In this document: positions 11,609 through 25,877 of the stretch, one piece after another | How positions within the stretch are numbered: the stretch's first letter is position 1 | Layout of the letters: every line of letters begins with the position of its first letter | Source: Rhynchobatus australiae | Lineage: Eukaryota | Direction of reading: 5' to 3' | Length of the DNA: 64,000 nt | Assembly (NCBI GenBank): GCA_034780895.1 | Contig: JAUZTB010000001.1 | Span: 48,813,321 to 48,877,320, forward strand | Notes under the pieces: model-generated | What the model was told of the DNA's origin: nothing | Database searches by the model: none | Seen by the model: only the letters and a program-made list of their open reading frames with translations | Made by a program: the position numbers and the translations under genes

Positions 11609-14321
11609 GTAGGTTCTTTAATTTTTCACTTGAATTACTGATTATGGAATNNNNNNNNNNNNNNNNNNNNNNNNNNNNNNNNNNNNNNNNNNNNNNNNNN
11701 NNNNNNNNNNNNNNNNNNNNNNNNNNNNNNNNNNNNNNNNNNNNNNNNNNCTGATGACTTGCTGAAATGAACTTTGAGAACTATTCCTAGACTTGGGGTT
11801 TGGGAATTTTCCACACACAAACACTTTGAGTTTATTTGATTTGGGGTTAATATTTAACATCTAATGTCTTTGCTTTTCCTGTTATCACAAGTAGTTATTA
11901 ATAAGATATTTTCTAACACTTATACATGACTCGGTGTGTTTCTATTGTTTCTGGTACGTAACACAGCCATAAAATCTCCATTGAAGTGAATGGTCCCCTC
12001 TGGTGCAAGATCCAAGAGCAGATTCCCAGCACAAAAAGCTAAGGATTTCCAGCAAGCTCCATAGTTGGACTGTTCAACAACAAAGAACAACCAGTAAATC
12101 AGCTGTGGAACTCAGTCAGCAAATTTGAGACTCCAGCATTCATGTGGGAATATTGAAGATACCAGCATTCACAAATCTAAGTGCCAGCATTTTTATATGC
12201 AACAGCCAGCAAAACTTTGTCTGTCTTTCTTTCTGCTAGGTGCCTGCATTTATTCAAAGATTCAGAAGCTAAGGGAAATTATCAAAGGAAATGACCCATT
12301 AATTTACAGATTGCCTTGTATCAGCAGCTATAAAGAGACACAATGGCAGGTTTTTGGTTTCTCTGTCAAGAGAGATTAATTGAATTATTGCATACAATAC
12401 ATGTACCCTTCTAAGATAATATGTAAGAAAGAGTATCCTAGAAATGTGAATATACATTGATACATAGTTTATTTGTCCAAGACAAAACTGGTATTATTAC
12501 AATGACAACAAAATCTATATATTAAACAAAAAGGTTGTTTGGCATTTACCAAACCCACAATTTCCTCTTGATTCTGTTACATTTTCTTTCTATGCACATT
12601 TGGTGCTTCAGCAATGTTTTGGGATATGTGAGAGGCATGTGCTTCATTCCCAGTGATACTACAGCTTGCCATTTGAGCCAATAGATAAAATTGTTTGTTT
12701 CAAGGCGAGTTTTCAGTTTTCATTGGGAAGAGAAAGTACATTCACTTTTAATTTATTATCAATCCCGGCAAAATAAAAAATCTTTTTGCAATACGGTGTC
12801 CACTATGGAAGAAACTAAGGAATGAAAGATATACTGACAAAGAAAGGGAAATGTTATATTTGTAATACCTTCATGAACAATAGTTTCTAAGTGGTTGTTC
12901 AACTGTTTGGTGCAACTAATCAACATTTCAGATATATTTATGTTGGTGTTGTAATCAAATTTGAGGAAAGCATTATTGAAGAATATTTAAATAAATGCTG
13001 CAATTGCAGATCCTGCGCTTGCACTTCCCAGGTGAAATTGGTTCTGTTGCCACCTGATTAAAATGAGAATGCTATGCCAAGCCTGTCAAAGCAAATGCTG
13101 TCACTGTCTGCATCAGGACACAGCAAGTAAACAGAGATGCTGACACATGCAGGATGAGTGGAGCTTCCCCAGGACTTAACCTTTAACCCTGTGTTTGAAC
13201 TATCAGCATCACATTAAACATGATGTCAGAAACCTTAGTTTCATTGACACCTGAAGGATACCGTACTTTAAATATTGAATAATGAATTCCTAGCTTAGTT
13301 TAACATCCACACTCTACCACTTGCACATCCCAAAGATAAGAGCGAGAAGCAAATAAACCATTGCATTCTTTTGAAAACAGTTAGTGTAATATATAGATAT
13401 GAAAGCATTAAACTGTACCATTTAGCTTTGCAGTCTATAGATTTGTGGTTAAGAAAAAATTGTGAGAAAAAAAGATCTTATAATATCCAAAAATTGAAGC
13501 AGTCATCTCTGCTTCCAGGTGACTGTTTTCTATTTATTTCCAAGGGTGAGCTTTTTAATTCAATTTAGATGTAGTCTTGTTTTATTTGACATAGGTATTG
13601 TTAGCATTTTATGCAATGTATGAAACTTACAGATCTAGATATTTGGTTTTGGGCTTTCATCAGAATAAAAATTTAAATTCACCTGAAGCTTTTTTTTACT
13701 GTAATCCTTGCCCCATCCCACCATATTCATACACAATTTTTAACTAAATAACTGTTATCTTTTGAATCACATTGAAAAATCTGCTTGTCACATCAAAGTG
13801 TTGCTGAAGCAAATCTGAAGGGTAATAGTCTAGTTTACAATTGGGTTCCATGAAATCTTCATTGTATTCATTTCAAAACATGAATGCTTTGCCCATGTGT
13901 GTCTTCTGTTAGCATGATGGTCTGAAATATCTAAAAATGATGTACTTATGCATAAATTACTCAATCATTATGGTTTTACAATTACCTTTCATGGTATTTT
14001 TGTGGTACGCCTTATTACAATATATACTTTACAACAGGAACATTTCAACTAATATAATGTGATTTATTAATGACAGCAGCCATCCAAGATTCTTCAAGTA
14101 AGGTCTTACACAGGCATTGTACTGTTATAAGCAATAGATGCAAATATAATAGAGAAGAAGGGTTATTCTAAGCATGTAGTATTTCTACCACTGTGATATC
14201 ATGGAGAAAGGAGAAGCATTGGTGTGTTAGTGTATGTTAGCTCTGAGTCTTTGAATGTATTGTTGCCTTTTCATCTTCTGTCCCATATTTGTTGAATAAT
14301 AAATTTTACTTTCAATTCCAG

Positions 14322-15079
14322 GTCGATTTCGCCAGATTAAAGTTCTCACCACAGTGGCTAATGTTTTCTCCTCACTGTATTCTCAAGTTTCTGGAGCTCC
14401 TGTAAAGAGGATTGGTGATGTGGCTGAAGCCTCAACTGCAGGCCAAGTTGCCACTGCTGGAAACAATGCTGGCAGACTAAAGAAGACGGTATCAAAGCTC
14501 AGCTTATTGGGGGGTCAGCAGGTAAAAGCGACAGACACCACTAATCAAACAGTTCCAGCAGGTACAGAGAATTCAAAAACATCACAATGTTCTTTTGAAA
14601 CTGACAAAAGCATTACTGATGATGACAAGAAAGAGGAGGTAAAACATAAGAAAGAAATGAGGTTGCAGAAATGGCGTAAATTGACTGACCCTTCTCTGAA
14701 ACCAGTAACTGAAGAAGTGATGACTGGAAGTGAAGGTGTTCTCTGTCCCTCAGAGTGTGTTCCTCAGGAACCTGCATCCAACGTAACAAATGGCTGTACA
14801 GAACCCAAGCAGAATGATGCTGCTTACAGTAAAGGAACGGGGAACAGCTCAGCTGACATGAGTAGTATCTCAGATTCTTCTATAGACTTACATGCATCCA
14901 CAGATGAAGAACGAACTGACACTGGTGAGCAGACATCTGCCCTCTCACAGGAAAACACAGTGATTGAATCAACACCTCCAGTGTGTTCAACCACAGATAA
15001 AGGGCTGGCTGCAGCAATGCACCATCCATTGGTGAGCAACTTGATGGAGCAGAAGGAGTTCTCATTTGACTTGGAAGAG
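14322..15079 (+). CDS. ITPRID2: ITPRID2 coding exon (RFRQIKVLTTVANVFSSLYSQVSG...SFDLEE)
   Basis: Acceptor ttccag|; ORF 14354-15106. Ends at GAG|gcaagt (GC donor) in phase 0. Confidence 0.92.
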
Positions 15080-16319
15080 GCAAGTTGTTATTTTCAGATT
15101 CATTAACTTCGTAGAAAAGATCTGTTTAATACGTCACTTGCAGTATTAATTCACTGCCATTGTAACCATTTTCCTTCCACTTGAACCTTTCTTTAAGTCA
15201 ATCTTGAAATTTCAAGCACAATCTTTTCAAAGGCACAAATTTCAGTCAGTCTGTGGGGTATTTGGCTGCTAATTTCTGTTTGCAAGTTGCTTGGTTCCAT
15301 TTTTAAAAAAATAANNNNNNNNNNNNNNNNNNNNNGGTGTTATAGATTTGCAGATGTCTCTCAGTCGAGCTGATCTGGAAAGTCAGATGGAGTAAGGAAT
15401 CCAGCTCAGAATTTTAGCTTTTTTCTTTGCATTGTGCCAAATTAGTTTTGAGTATTAGCCAAATGAATGGGCGTAACCATTAAAACATCATCCCATTTTC
15501 TTTAATAATGTGCACCTTCTGACATTTTTATCTTCTAATTGTTTTTTGTCTTAAACATGCATTTGGATATAGTACTGGTTTATATTTATAAATTTAGTGA
15601 TAAGTTATATTCTTTGAAATAACCTTTTGAACCATTGGCAAAGAAAAAAAGATTTCAAATTGTTTAAACAAATTTACAAAATTCTGTTCAATATTGGTGC
15701 AAAATCAACCGGAAACAATGCGCTTTATGTTCTAGTGACTACCATGCACTGAATATCACAAATGTAAGCTGAACGTTTCATTTGCTGATTTATTTATTGG
15801 CATGGATGAGGGTCTTAATAAAAATGGATCAAGTCGTCAGGCTTGATTCTCTGCAAGTCATCATAGTCTCTTCCAAATTGAGCTCAGTGACACTGCCCTA
15901 CTGCATTAGAGGAGCAGAAACCAGCAGGAAATCCAAACTTGCAGTAACCAAATTATAATTATGGTATCTGACTGCATACTTAATTCAAGCCAGTATCACT
16001 GCTTCATGAGAGTCATAGTTAACTGCGCCAAAAAGAATCATAAAACCTGCACTTCAGTATATTTCACATGGGAATTCATTTTCTCTGCTTTGTGAAAAAG
16101 ATGAATTGTATGGAGAGAGAAATTTACCAACAAAATTAGCAGTTCTCCTCTGCATTAGAATCTTCTAAAACCAGGCAATAAGAGGATTTATCTGTCCCTC
16201 TTTTTCATATGGCTCAGTGCAGATGCTGAAGGGAGGGGAAAATGTTTACACCACCTGCTTTCTTGACCCTGATCCCACTAGACTCATAAGTCAGTTTCCC
16301 TTTCCTTATCCCATGTTAG

Positions 16320-16710
16320 CTGACATTTGTAAGTGATTCCCTTACTCAAGTCCCTCCTCGTCCACCTTCATAAGCTTCAGGTTATTGTAACACCTCCCTG
16401 TATCATGTTTATTTCCAAATTTAGATCTCCATTAAATCTACCTTGCTTCTCCAAAAGCATAAAATAAATACTTCCATTGTCTGTTAATTTATTTTCCTTC
16501 CATTTCCATTTCCTTATCTCCTCAATATCCTCCAGCCCATAGTCTCTCCTCTGAAACTTCTGTCCTTTTTTTGGTCCCTGAATGTCTGCCCTCCTGATGC
16601 CTCATTTTTGGTGTGAAGTTCTATTGCTCAGATCTTGTATATTGAAATTCTTTCTCTAACTACCAAACCTCCATCAAAATGTTCATTAACAAACAACTTT
16701 GACCTTGGTT
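16320..16710 (+). mobile_element. Old L2-like LINE 3' fragment
   Basis: Degenerate sequence resembling an L2 ORF2 C-terminus (LWNSL..FKxxLKxxLFD pattern). Confidence 0.4.
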
Positions 16711-16862
16711 ACCCTGCCTGGCAACATGCAAACGAGAGCTGAACCAGTGATGGTGGAGCTATAACTGTTCAAGACAGGCTCATGTTTCTGCTTTCCCTTG
16801 AGAGTATTCTCACTTGTGAGATTTCAGAGGTCATATTATAATTTTTTTATTCCATTGAATAG

Positions 16863-16947
16863 GTTCAAAGCAATGAAGGTGAAGGACCAAATCCGCCAGG
16901 AACCAGAAATCCTGTTCCACATAGCAGAATTTCAGTAACCAATAAAG
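16863..16947 (+). CDS. ITPRID2: ITPRID2 coding exon (VQSNEGEGPNPPGTRNPVPHSRISVTNK)
   Basis: Acceptor gaatag|, donor G|gtaagt. Continues the SFxxEE-VQSxEGE motif of SSFA2. Confidence 0.88.
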
Positions 16948-17624
16948 GTAAGTTCAATAATATTTACTTGGAGGACTTTAGTAAAAGTGGAACAGGTTTT
17001 GTTTTAGGAAATAACATGAAGTTATTAAGTTGTTAGAAAGTATGAAAACAATTATTGTCTCAGTGCAGAGGGAAAGAACTTAACATAGGAGAAGTGTCCT
17101 GTATTTCAAAATCAAAGAGTGCATTTACCCCAACAGTATGTTCATGTCAAGTTATAGAATTTTCAAGCCATTTACCACTTTTACTTTCCTACTTATGAAA
17201 GATTTGTATGTGCTTTAATTCCATTGCTGCTTTCAACATTCTGAGGAACATCTTCACTTAGGGTTTTGTCATTGAAAGTAACTGGGGGAAAAAATTAGAT
17301 TTGCTATTCTTCATTTTCATTTGAGATCTGGACGACTTTGTAAATGTAGAAACTAGGGACATTATTTTAATTGAACATCCCATGAAAAGACACATGCAGC
17401 AGATGAAATTGTATTTTAAAGTCTGGCCCAACAGTTTTAAGCTTTGGCAATGTATGTTTTCATTCCTTTTTCTTAATTTGGTAGTTTGCAAGCAAAGGAT
17501 CAAATTTCAATAGTGACATGCACAGAATAAACTTCCTGTAGTTGAAATGCACTGTATTTATCCTTCCCTAGAAGTTAGTAGTGTTAAAATTATTCTCAAG
17601 TTCTAAAATCTGGCAGTGAAGACG

Positions 17625-19015
17625 TTCAGCCATGTATCCTCCATCTTCCACATCCAGTGTGAGGAGAATATATCAGGGGACTTTGGAGATGCTATAATTG
17701 TGTCTATCTTCAAGAAAGAAGAAAGGTTCAAATTGGCTAACTGTTCATAGACAATTCATCGGCAAGAATCTCAACCATATTCTCCGGGTAACCAAAGAGC
17801 TGCTGCCCAAGCTGTAGTGTGGAATCCATTCATCTGGAGGCACAGTGGGCAATACCTTCATTGTACAACAACTCCTAAGAGAAATGTAGGGAGTGGTGCC
17901 AGCCACTCTATTGCCTTTTTGAACTTCATGAGAGTCTTTCACTCCAGCACTCAGGAACACACTCCTTAAATCTGACCATTTTATACGTGCAAGCCTAGAT
18001 CCTAATCAATAGGTCTATAATAGAGCCAATCTTGATGAATAGTGGTATCAAGTAAGACAGTAATTACACCACTTTTTTTCTCAAGTTTTCTTGTTGTAAT
18101 GTGGCACCTTGCCTTCACCAAACTTCCTTGGGGAATGGAATTGATCTTCAGAACCAATGGGAGCCTGTTCGAGCCTACAGCTGTTACACTCCAACAGCAA
18201 GGTTACCCAAGCCTCAATAGTCAGGCTGCAGTATGCAGGTGATAATCGCATTCACACACACACTTGGTGGCTGAACTCCAAGCCATCGTCCACTAGTTTA
18301 TTGAAGCTTATGAGGGAACGGGCCTTACACAGAACATCTGCAAGGCAAAGGTCATCAGCAATCTATCCTCGTAGCACCAGCCTGCCCACTGGCAATAAAG
18401 GTTCACAACAAGAGCCTGGAAAATATGGACAGCTTCCCATAACTCAGAAGCCAACTCACAGCAAAGATAGACATCAATGATGAATTTCACCATTATCTGC
18501 AATGCACCAGTGCAAACTTTGGTCAATTAGGGAAAAGGTATTTGAAGATCCGGACCTCAGACCCAGCACGAAGCTCATTCTTTACTGGGCTGTAGTTATC
18601 CTTGCCTTTATGCTCTGAGACCTGGACTACCTACATCAGGCATCTCAAGGCACTGGAAAAATACAACCAATGCTGTCTCCACAAAATCTTTCAAATTCAC
18701 TGGAAGGATAATTGTCCCCTCCCAATCCAAAATCCCAGTGTTGAGGCCTTTGTTACACCTAGTTGGCTATGTTGATTAGGTCAAGTTGTTCATGTAATTG
18801 ATACCAAGCTCCAAAGCAGACGCTCGAAAGCTCCATGCAAGTGGCAGAAAGAGGCCACCGTCTCATAAACTTCCCACCCACCACCCCAACAGTTACTACC
18901 TGTCTCATCTGTGAAATGGCCTACAATTCACACATTAGCCTCCTCTGTTACCTCAGAACCCACAAAACCAGAGTGGAAATCCTCCTCACTCCAGGAACTA
19001 CAGAAGAAGAGGAGA
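17625..19015 (+). mobile_element. Degenerate RTE-clade LINE
   Basis: Remnants DAIIVSIFKK, FEDPDLRPSTKL and ETWTTYIRHLKALEKYNQCCLHKIFQIHW, a C-terminal CLICEMAYNSHISLLCYLRTHK zinc finger, and a GAA-rich tail. Confidence 0.8.
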
Positions 19016-19189
19016 AGGGGATGGTCAAGATAAATTGAACAGTATTGCCATAAGGCAATAAGGTACACTTTGAAGCACAGTTCTCAGCAATAAAGAACTT
19101 TTCGTTCTGGTGTGTTCCTTTAAACTGGTTCAGTAGGCTTGTGACAAGTGAACAATAACACACCAGATTAGTAATTCAGTTGCTTAACT

Positions 19190-19340
19190 AACAAATCTCG
19201 TCATGGTAGCTGTGGAATTTAACATCAATTAATTAAATAATCTGGAATTAAATTAAAAAGAGAGTTGGTTGCAGTAATTGTGACAATCGAACTATTATTT
19301 TGCTGAGAAAATCCATCTGGTTCACCAATGTCCTTCACTA
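19190..19340 (+). mobile_element. 5' part of an old elasmobranch SINE-like repeat, split by later insertions
   Basis: ggtagctgtggaatttaa..taatctggaatt..ccatctggttcaccaatgtccttc; continues at about 21392. Confidence 0.55.
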
Positions 19341-19344
19341 ATGA

Positions 19345-21390
19345 GGCACATTCCTACGAGGAGCACGGGAAGAACAAATAGCTTCCTGGATGATTAAAGA
19401 GATACGGGGAAAGACAGAGCAAAAAGTGGCAGCTAATGACAAGAGTCATCTTGTAAACACCAGTGAATTGCGAAAGAATCAGAGAGAAAGTGAATAAGAG
19501 NNNNNNNNNNNNNNNNNNNNNNNNNNNNNNNNNNNNNNNNNNNNNNNNNNNNNNNNNNNNNNNNNNNNNNNNNNNNNNNNNNNNNNNNNNNNNNNNNNNN
19601 NNNNNNNNNNNNNNNNNNNNNNNNNNNNNNNNNNNNNNNNNNNNNNNNNNNNNNNNNNNNNNNNNNNNNNNNNNNNNNNNNNNNNNNNNNNNNNAGTGAA
19701 GAGGGTATTTTTAAAGTGGTAGTGGAGGAGGAGATAGTTGAGACACTGGATATATTAAAAATTGATAGCTTGGAGTTATTAGAAAAGTTGGCTGAACTTA
19801 AAGCAGATAAGTCACTGGCATTGAATGGGATGCATCCTTGGATTTTGAAATCACCAGGATTCTGATCATGATCTTTCAGCAAAACAGTACCACACAGAAA
19901 CAGGCCCTTCAACCCACAATGTTTGTGCCAACCATGATGCCAATCCAAACTAAATCCATCTCCTTGCACATGGTCTATATCCCTCCATGCCTTGCCTGTT
20001 CATGTGCCTGCTTAAATGCTTCTTAACCATTGCTGTTGTATCTGCTTCCACCACTTCACCTAGTAACATGTTCCACGCAACTACTGCTCAACTTGCATCA
20101 TAAATCCTGTTCAAACTTTCTGCTTCTCACCTTAAAGCTACTGTATGCCTTCTAGGATTTGACATTTTTACCCCGGGAGAAAGATTCTGACTATTTACCC
20201 TATATGTGCCTCTCATAATTTGATATACTTCTATAAGGTTGCCCCTCAGCCTCCAGCGCTCCAGAGAAAACAAATCAAGTTTGCCCAAACTCTTTTCTTT
20301 AGCTAATATTCTCTAATCCAGGTAACATCCTAGTGAATATGTGCTGCACCCTATCCAACACCTCCACATCCTTCCTGTAATGTGGCGACCAGAACTGTAC
20401 ACAGTACTCCAAATTAGGCGTAACCAAAGTTTTGTACAATTGCAGCATGACTTCCCTACTTCTATACTCAACACCCTGACCAATGAAGGCAAGTCTGCCT
20501 TTACCACCCTAATGACTTGTATTGCCATTTACAGGGACTTGCACCACAAGATTCCTCTGTACAACAATGCTCCTTGACTGTATACTTTCCTCTCGCATTT
20601 GCCTTCCCAAAGTGCGACACTTTGCACTTGTCCGGGTTAAACTCCATCTGCTATTTCTCTGCCCACATTTCTAGTTGGTCTATAACCAGCTGTATCCTTT
20701 GACAACCTTCCTCACTCCTCTTTAAACAAAGGAGTTTATTGCATTCCAAGAAGTGGAGAAAGGTTAATGCCAGCAATTACATGCCAGTCAGTTTATCCTC
20801 ATGGGTGAGGAAAACTTTAGACTACAAATACAGGAAAATTGTGCTGAATCTTTACAAAAGTCTCACCTGACACAACTAGAATATTATGTTAAATTCTAGT
20901 TGCTTCATTATAGAAAGGATCTGAAGTATTAGAGAGGTTCCAGAAAACATTTTCCAGAATGGTAGATTTGAGAGGCTGAGACTCTGGAGAATTTATGGAG
21001 AAACTGAAGGAGATCTGAAAATAAAACAATATAAAATGGTGAGGGATTTAGACAGAGTGGATAGAGAGAAGTTGTCCTGTTGGTGGAGGGATCAAAGCCT
21101 GAACATGAAAATAAAAGGGAAGAGAATTAATAGTAAAATGAGGGAAAAATTTTTATACATAGTATATGGTTGGAATCTGGAATGCACTGCCTGGAGATGT
21201 AGTGGAGCAAAATTACATTGTGACCTTCAGGGAGAATTAGATAAGCATACGATGAAGAAAAGTTTGCAAGGCAACAGAGAAGGGGCACAGGGAGTGGAAC
21301 TCTTGAGTTGCTCTTTTAGAGAGTTTGTGTGAACATGATGGACAAAGTGGCCTCCCCCTTTGCTATAGCTCTTCCATGATCCTATGATTC
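19345..21390 (+). mobile_element. Degenerate CR1 LINE interrupted by an antisense CR1
   Basis: LEKLAELKADKS..GMHPWILK lies before 19860; LFK..NYMPVSL and the 3' ORF2/UTR lie after 20720. Confidence 0.7.
19885..20718 (-). mobile_element. 5'-truncated CR1 LINE (nested)
   Basis: Reversed CR1 3'UTR (acagtaccacacagaaacaggccc) and ORF2 C-terminal remnants. Confidence 0.85.
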
Positions 21391-21391
21391 T

Positions 21392-21505
21392 GGGGAAGAA
21401 ATCTCCCATCCTTGCCTGGTTTGGTTTATAAGTGATTCTGGACTGGGACTGATGTGATTGACACATAGTGTCTGCTGAAATTATGGAGCGAGCCATTTTG
21501 TTGTA
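21392..21505 (+). mobile_element. 3' part of the split SINE-like repeat
   Basis: gggaagaaatctcccatccttgcctggtttgg..gtgattctggac follows on from 19340 in the recalled family consensus. Confidence 0.5.
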
Positions 21506-24500
21506 TAAAAAAAACCATAATATTTTCTGGTGGATTTTGTTTTATAGAACTTTGGATTCTGAAAAAAATTTCTTCTGAAGAATAAATGACTTTCCCTGTG
21601 TTGGCTTGCCAGTACTCACTACATTTATTCATGTCCAGCAGCAATGTTACTAGCATCAGAGGTTGCCTGCATTATTGTTATAATTCTAACACATTTAGGG
21701 CATGTATTTGCCCCCAAACCATTTGATTTATTCTGATAAATGTGTAAGTATTTTAGCTGTTTTTTTGAAAAGACTATTTACCCTGCTATTTCTTACTAAA
21801 ATGTTAGTGAAATAGTTGGGATAAATAGATATTTGACCAAAGTAGAGGAACGTAGCCAGGTGCCAAAGACTTACCATAAAGTTTAAATCACTGCCAATAT
21901 CTTATGGATTTGAAATGTGATACAAAATGAAAAGGTTTGATAGTGTTGGAAGTGTTCTGCCCATGTAAGTGTTTTTGTTATGTGGATGGCCAGATAGTTA
22001 CATGCTAAGCTATCATTTGTCTCTTGTCTTGAATCATTTACTTGTGACAATTTTATGGTGGATTTGCCTTATTTAATGACTGATACAACTGGAATTCAGT
22101 TTCTGAGATCTGCATTTGTATACAAGCTGAACAGGTGACATCAGACAGATGGACTGCAGTGATGTTTTCTGGACCTGTATTTATTTCTCGGTGTTGGTTA
22201 GAGCTGAAGAAGTTACTCTGGATAGAAATGTGAACTCATTTTTGCCATGCAGATCTGTGCAAAGGGGTTGTGGATAGATCATTTGGTCCCTCAAGCAGTC
22301 AAGTTAGAGTCATATTCATTATTAACTCCCAGCCAGCAATCTTCTGAGAGGCAAAGAAAATAGAGAGGAAACGTACCTGATATCAAATTTGGATACTCTT
22401 TGCAGAATTCCTCTCTGACTATTAATGCAATCAAACAAAGTTCATTGTGCCTTTGCTGGGATTTTGAAAGAGTTATCCAAGTAGCAGCATTCCCTGAATT
22501 TCCCCATAGCTTTTCATTTATTTTGATCTATCAATATAGTTCACTTTTGAATTTGCTTATTGCATATTCTCAGTTGGAATGAAAGATCCCTCTCTTGAAT
22601 TGTACGTAACCTCTACCAGGTACTCTGGCATAGTGTCAAGANNNNNNNNNNNNNNNNNNNNNNNNNNNNNNNNNNNNNNNNNNNNNNNNNNNNNNNNNNN
22701 NNNNNNNNNNNNNNNNNNNNNNNNNNNNNNNNNNNNNNNNNGATGTCTGGCATTTCTCATAACAAATGTAAAGCCATGTACTTGTCTTGCTTGAGGGAAA
22801 TGTGCCATGTATTGGCCTTGTCCTCAGTTATATCATTTGGCTTGCATCCATTGACTATTATCTAAATTCCAACCGCTGCATGTTTTTCAGTATTCTGCAA
22901 GCTCACAAATCATTGACTCAATGTTCTGATCCAAATAATTAATATAACAATTCCAGTGAAAAAATTGTGACCTGGCATCCCACAGGAATGACATTGTTTT
23001 GCATGTAAACATACAAAATGTTTTTATATTGTGAATATCCTTGTCAGTCATTGGGTAGAAAAGTATCTATTGTCTCCATGCTGGCAAAAGAAACACAAGA
23101 GTTGCCAGAGATGGTATCTGACATTTCCTCTCGTGGATGTTATATTAAAAGAAAGATATTAATTGGGTCAATCAGTGGACTAGAAGTTCATCCCCCAGTT
23201 GGAAGCGTTAAACCACCATAGCTACAAAAGTGATAGAGTTGTACTTTAATCTGATGATACATTTTAAATGCTGCCAGCCCAAATGACAAACCTACTTCCT
23301 TTTACTTCATCTTTTTAATGTCAGAGGCAGAATATTATGTGCTATCAACACTAACATGCAATGTTTTCCTAGGCTAATGAGTCATTTATTTAAACATGTA
23401 ATAAGAAGTAGGCTTATCACTTGGGCAAGCAGCCTTTAACATGCGCCATTGCATTCAGGAAGTAAGAGGAGGAGAAATATATAAATGGAAAATCAAACCA
23501 ATTTTGGTCGGCCAGTTCGTCACTCAGTAATGTTTATCAGCACTGAACTCCTGTTTGCATTATAGCTAGTAACTCTTCTGAGATGTACAGCTCAGATGTA
23601 TCTGAGTAGTCAGTTTGAACTGTACAGTGAGGTTGCTGCATAAAAGCAAGAAAATATCGAGCATTAGATTAGGTAGTGAACTTGATATAAACTGGAATAA
23701 CAGAAGGTGCAATGAAACACTAAAAGATTGGTTTATTGTTGTCTACGTTAGAGATGTATATGAAGTGGAACTGCTCAGTATATGGTATCCTTAATGTTTA
23801 TTGCATTCCAAATTATTATAATTAACTAGCAAAATTGCAGTTTGCTACGAGCCTCTTTCATTGACAAGAAAACATCCTGGTCAATACAGCATTGCAACAA
23901 TACTTGCATGAGAAGACAAAATGTTATTGATTGTTTAGTGCAATGTCTTTTGACTAATTATTTCAGTCCATCCTTGCATTGAAGAATGCGGTGACTAGCT
24001 ATGTTTGATACTTTAAGTACAATTTGGTCTACAACCTCAACCACATCTGAATTTATTAGGTGGCTGATGGGCATAATTCCTAGGCTGTAGTCTTCAGTTT
24101 AGATTTGCTGGTACCATAAATCATACACGTGGAACACTTTGCCTTGGTAGTGTGGTTGTCACCATAGTACCCTTGGTAATGGAAACAATCTGAAGCTTAA
24201 TAACTTGGAATCTGAAACCAAGGCTGATAACTATTATTTGCTGAAAGTATGAGCTGATAATAGCAAGGTGAAGGTGAACTGGGCTTGACAACTCGAGTGA
24301 ACAGGAGAAATGACTGATATATCTCTTAAACCTGTAAGATTGAAAGTTTACAAATCTAACATTACCATGACGTGAAAAAAGTGTGAAGTTGATAACAAAG
24401 ACGGTACAAAAGGTGAAGCAAATGGAGAACAAAATATTAGATTGGGAGTGAGAGAAAGGAAAAGTAAGAAATGTTTTCTAACTTTAAGTATTTCACTTCT

Positions 24501-25877
24501 GGTATCTCCAGTAATGATCAAAACTACAGGATTGAGGCATCTTAGTTAATATTCAGCGTTTTTGATGTTGAATGCAGTAACGAACACCCAACACATGGTT
24601 CAAAGAGCATTTCAATTGAAGTAGACAAGATCTAGCTTTCTGTACCTAGTTTTGTTCACAAGCAGTGCATGAATGCAGCAATTACAGTCCATTTCATGCT
24701 GAATCACATAGTGAAATGTCATAATCATGAAGTTGACAGCAGGCCAAAACATCTCAAACAGCATCTTATGAATGGCTTCATTTAACTCCATCTGCCTAAA
24801 GTTTTTGTAATATTCATGTATAAATTAATCTCACCATAATTTTGACAGTAAATTACGCTCCATTTTGTCATGGTACAGACAGTAAGCAATGCAGGATACT
24901 TCACAATAGTCATTCAGTGGTGTGAAAAGTATCAACATACTAAGTGGGGTGCAGAAAGCAAGAACATGCTTGGCATAGACTGTTGATGAAGAAAAGGTTG
25001 CTGATAACCTCAAATATAAATGGCAATTTGCTTTTACTTTGACAACACCGCATGTTGAGTTGTGCAAATGAATTATTGCTTAGTGATTAAAAGTTTGGTA
25101 TGACTTCATCAAAAATAACCTAATAATTTCCATGCGATTTCTTATCAAAGTGCACCAATAATTTTACAGGGTGGAATTTTCCTACTGCAGAATATTTTAT
25201 GACCAATCATTTGTCAGCTTGCAGTTTGAATTGACTTTCTTTTACTGGATCATATATGTTGGGATTGGGTTTGAACGTGTAGGTCCTTATATTACCTTGG
25301 TGTGTCCTTGCAAAGCAATGAACTTGATGGTTTAGTCCAAAATTTTCAATTTAATATATGAAAAGAGTATTTGGTGTTTGCCAAGTTATTTTGTTTTCAA
25401 AATGAGGTTATAAAATTAGTCAATACTTCCAGTAAACCTCTAAAATTAAGGTCCTCATAACTCACTCAGAACATTAGTAACTGACCACCATGCTACCAAG
25501 GTCTTCCACAATGTTGAATGTAAAATATTGTAAATAAAAGCTCTTATTACTGTACAATGCCAGATGAAACCAAAAACAACAGATTTGTAAACAAAAATAG
25601 CTGTTTGGAAATTGTTAGTTCAAGATTTCTTTCACATTTAAATTGCTGTCTTTAACTTTCCCACTGGGTTCAAAATAGATGACCATCTTGCATACATCAT
25701 GAGATTGCATGATTTTAAAGTTTATTTTGTTCCCATTTTAATTAAAGCTGGAGCTATATGATAGGCATGGAATTAGTTAAAAGTATCTAGGTAAGATTCG
25801 AGAATATTTATCCAAATTCTAGGAGTGTATTTTGTGGAATCTACATTAATTATTAAAATCCTAGGTTAACTTCATCT

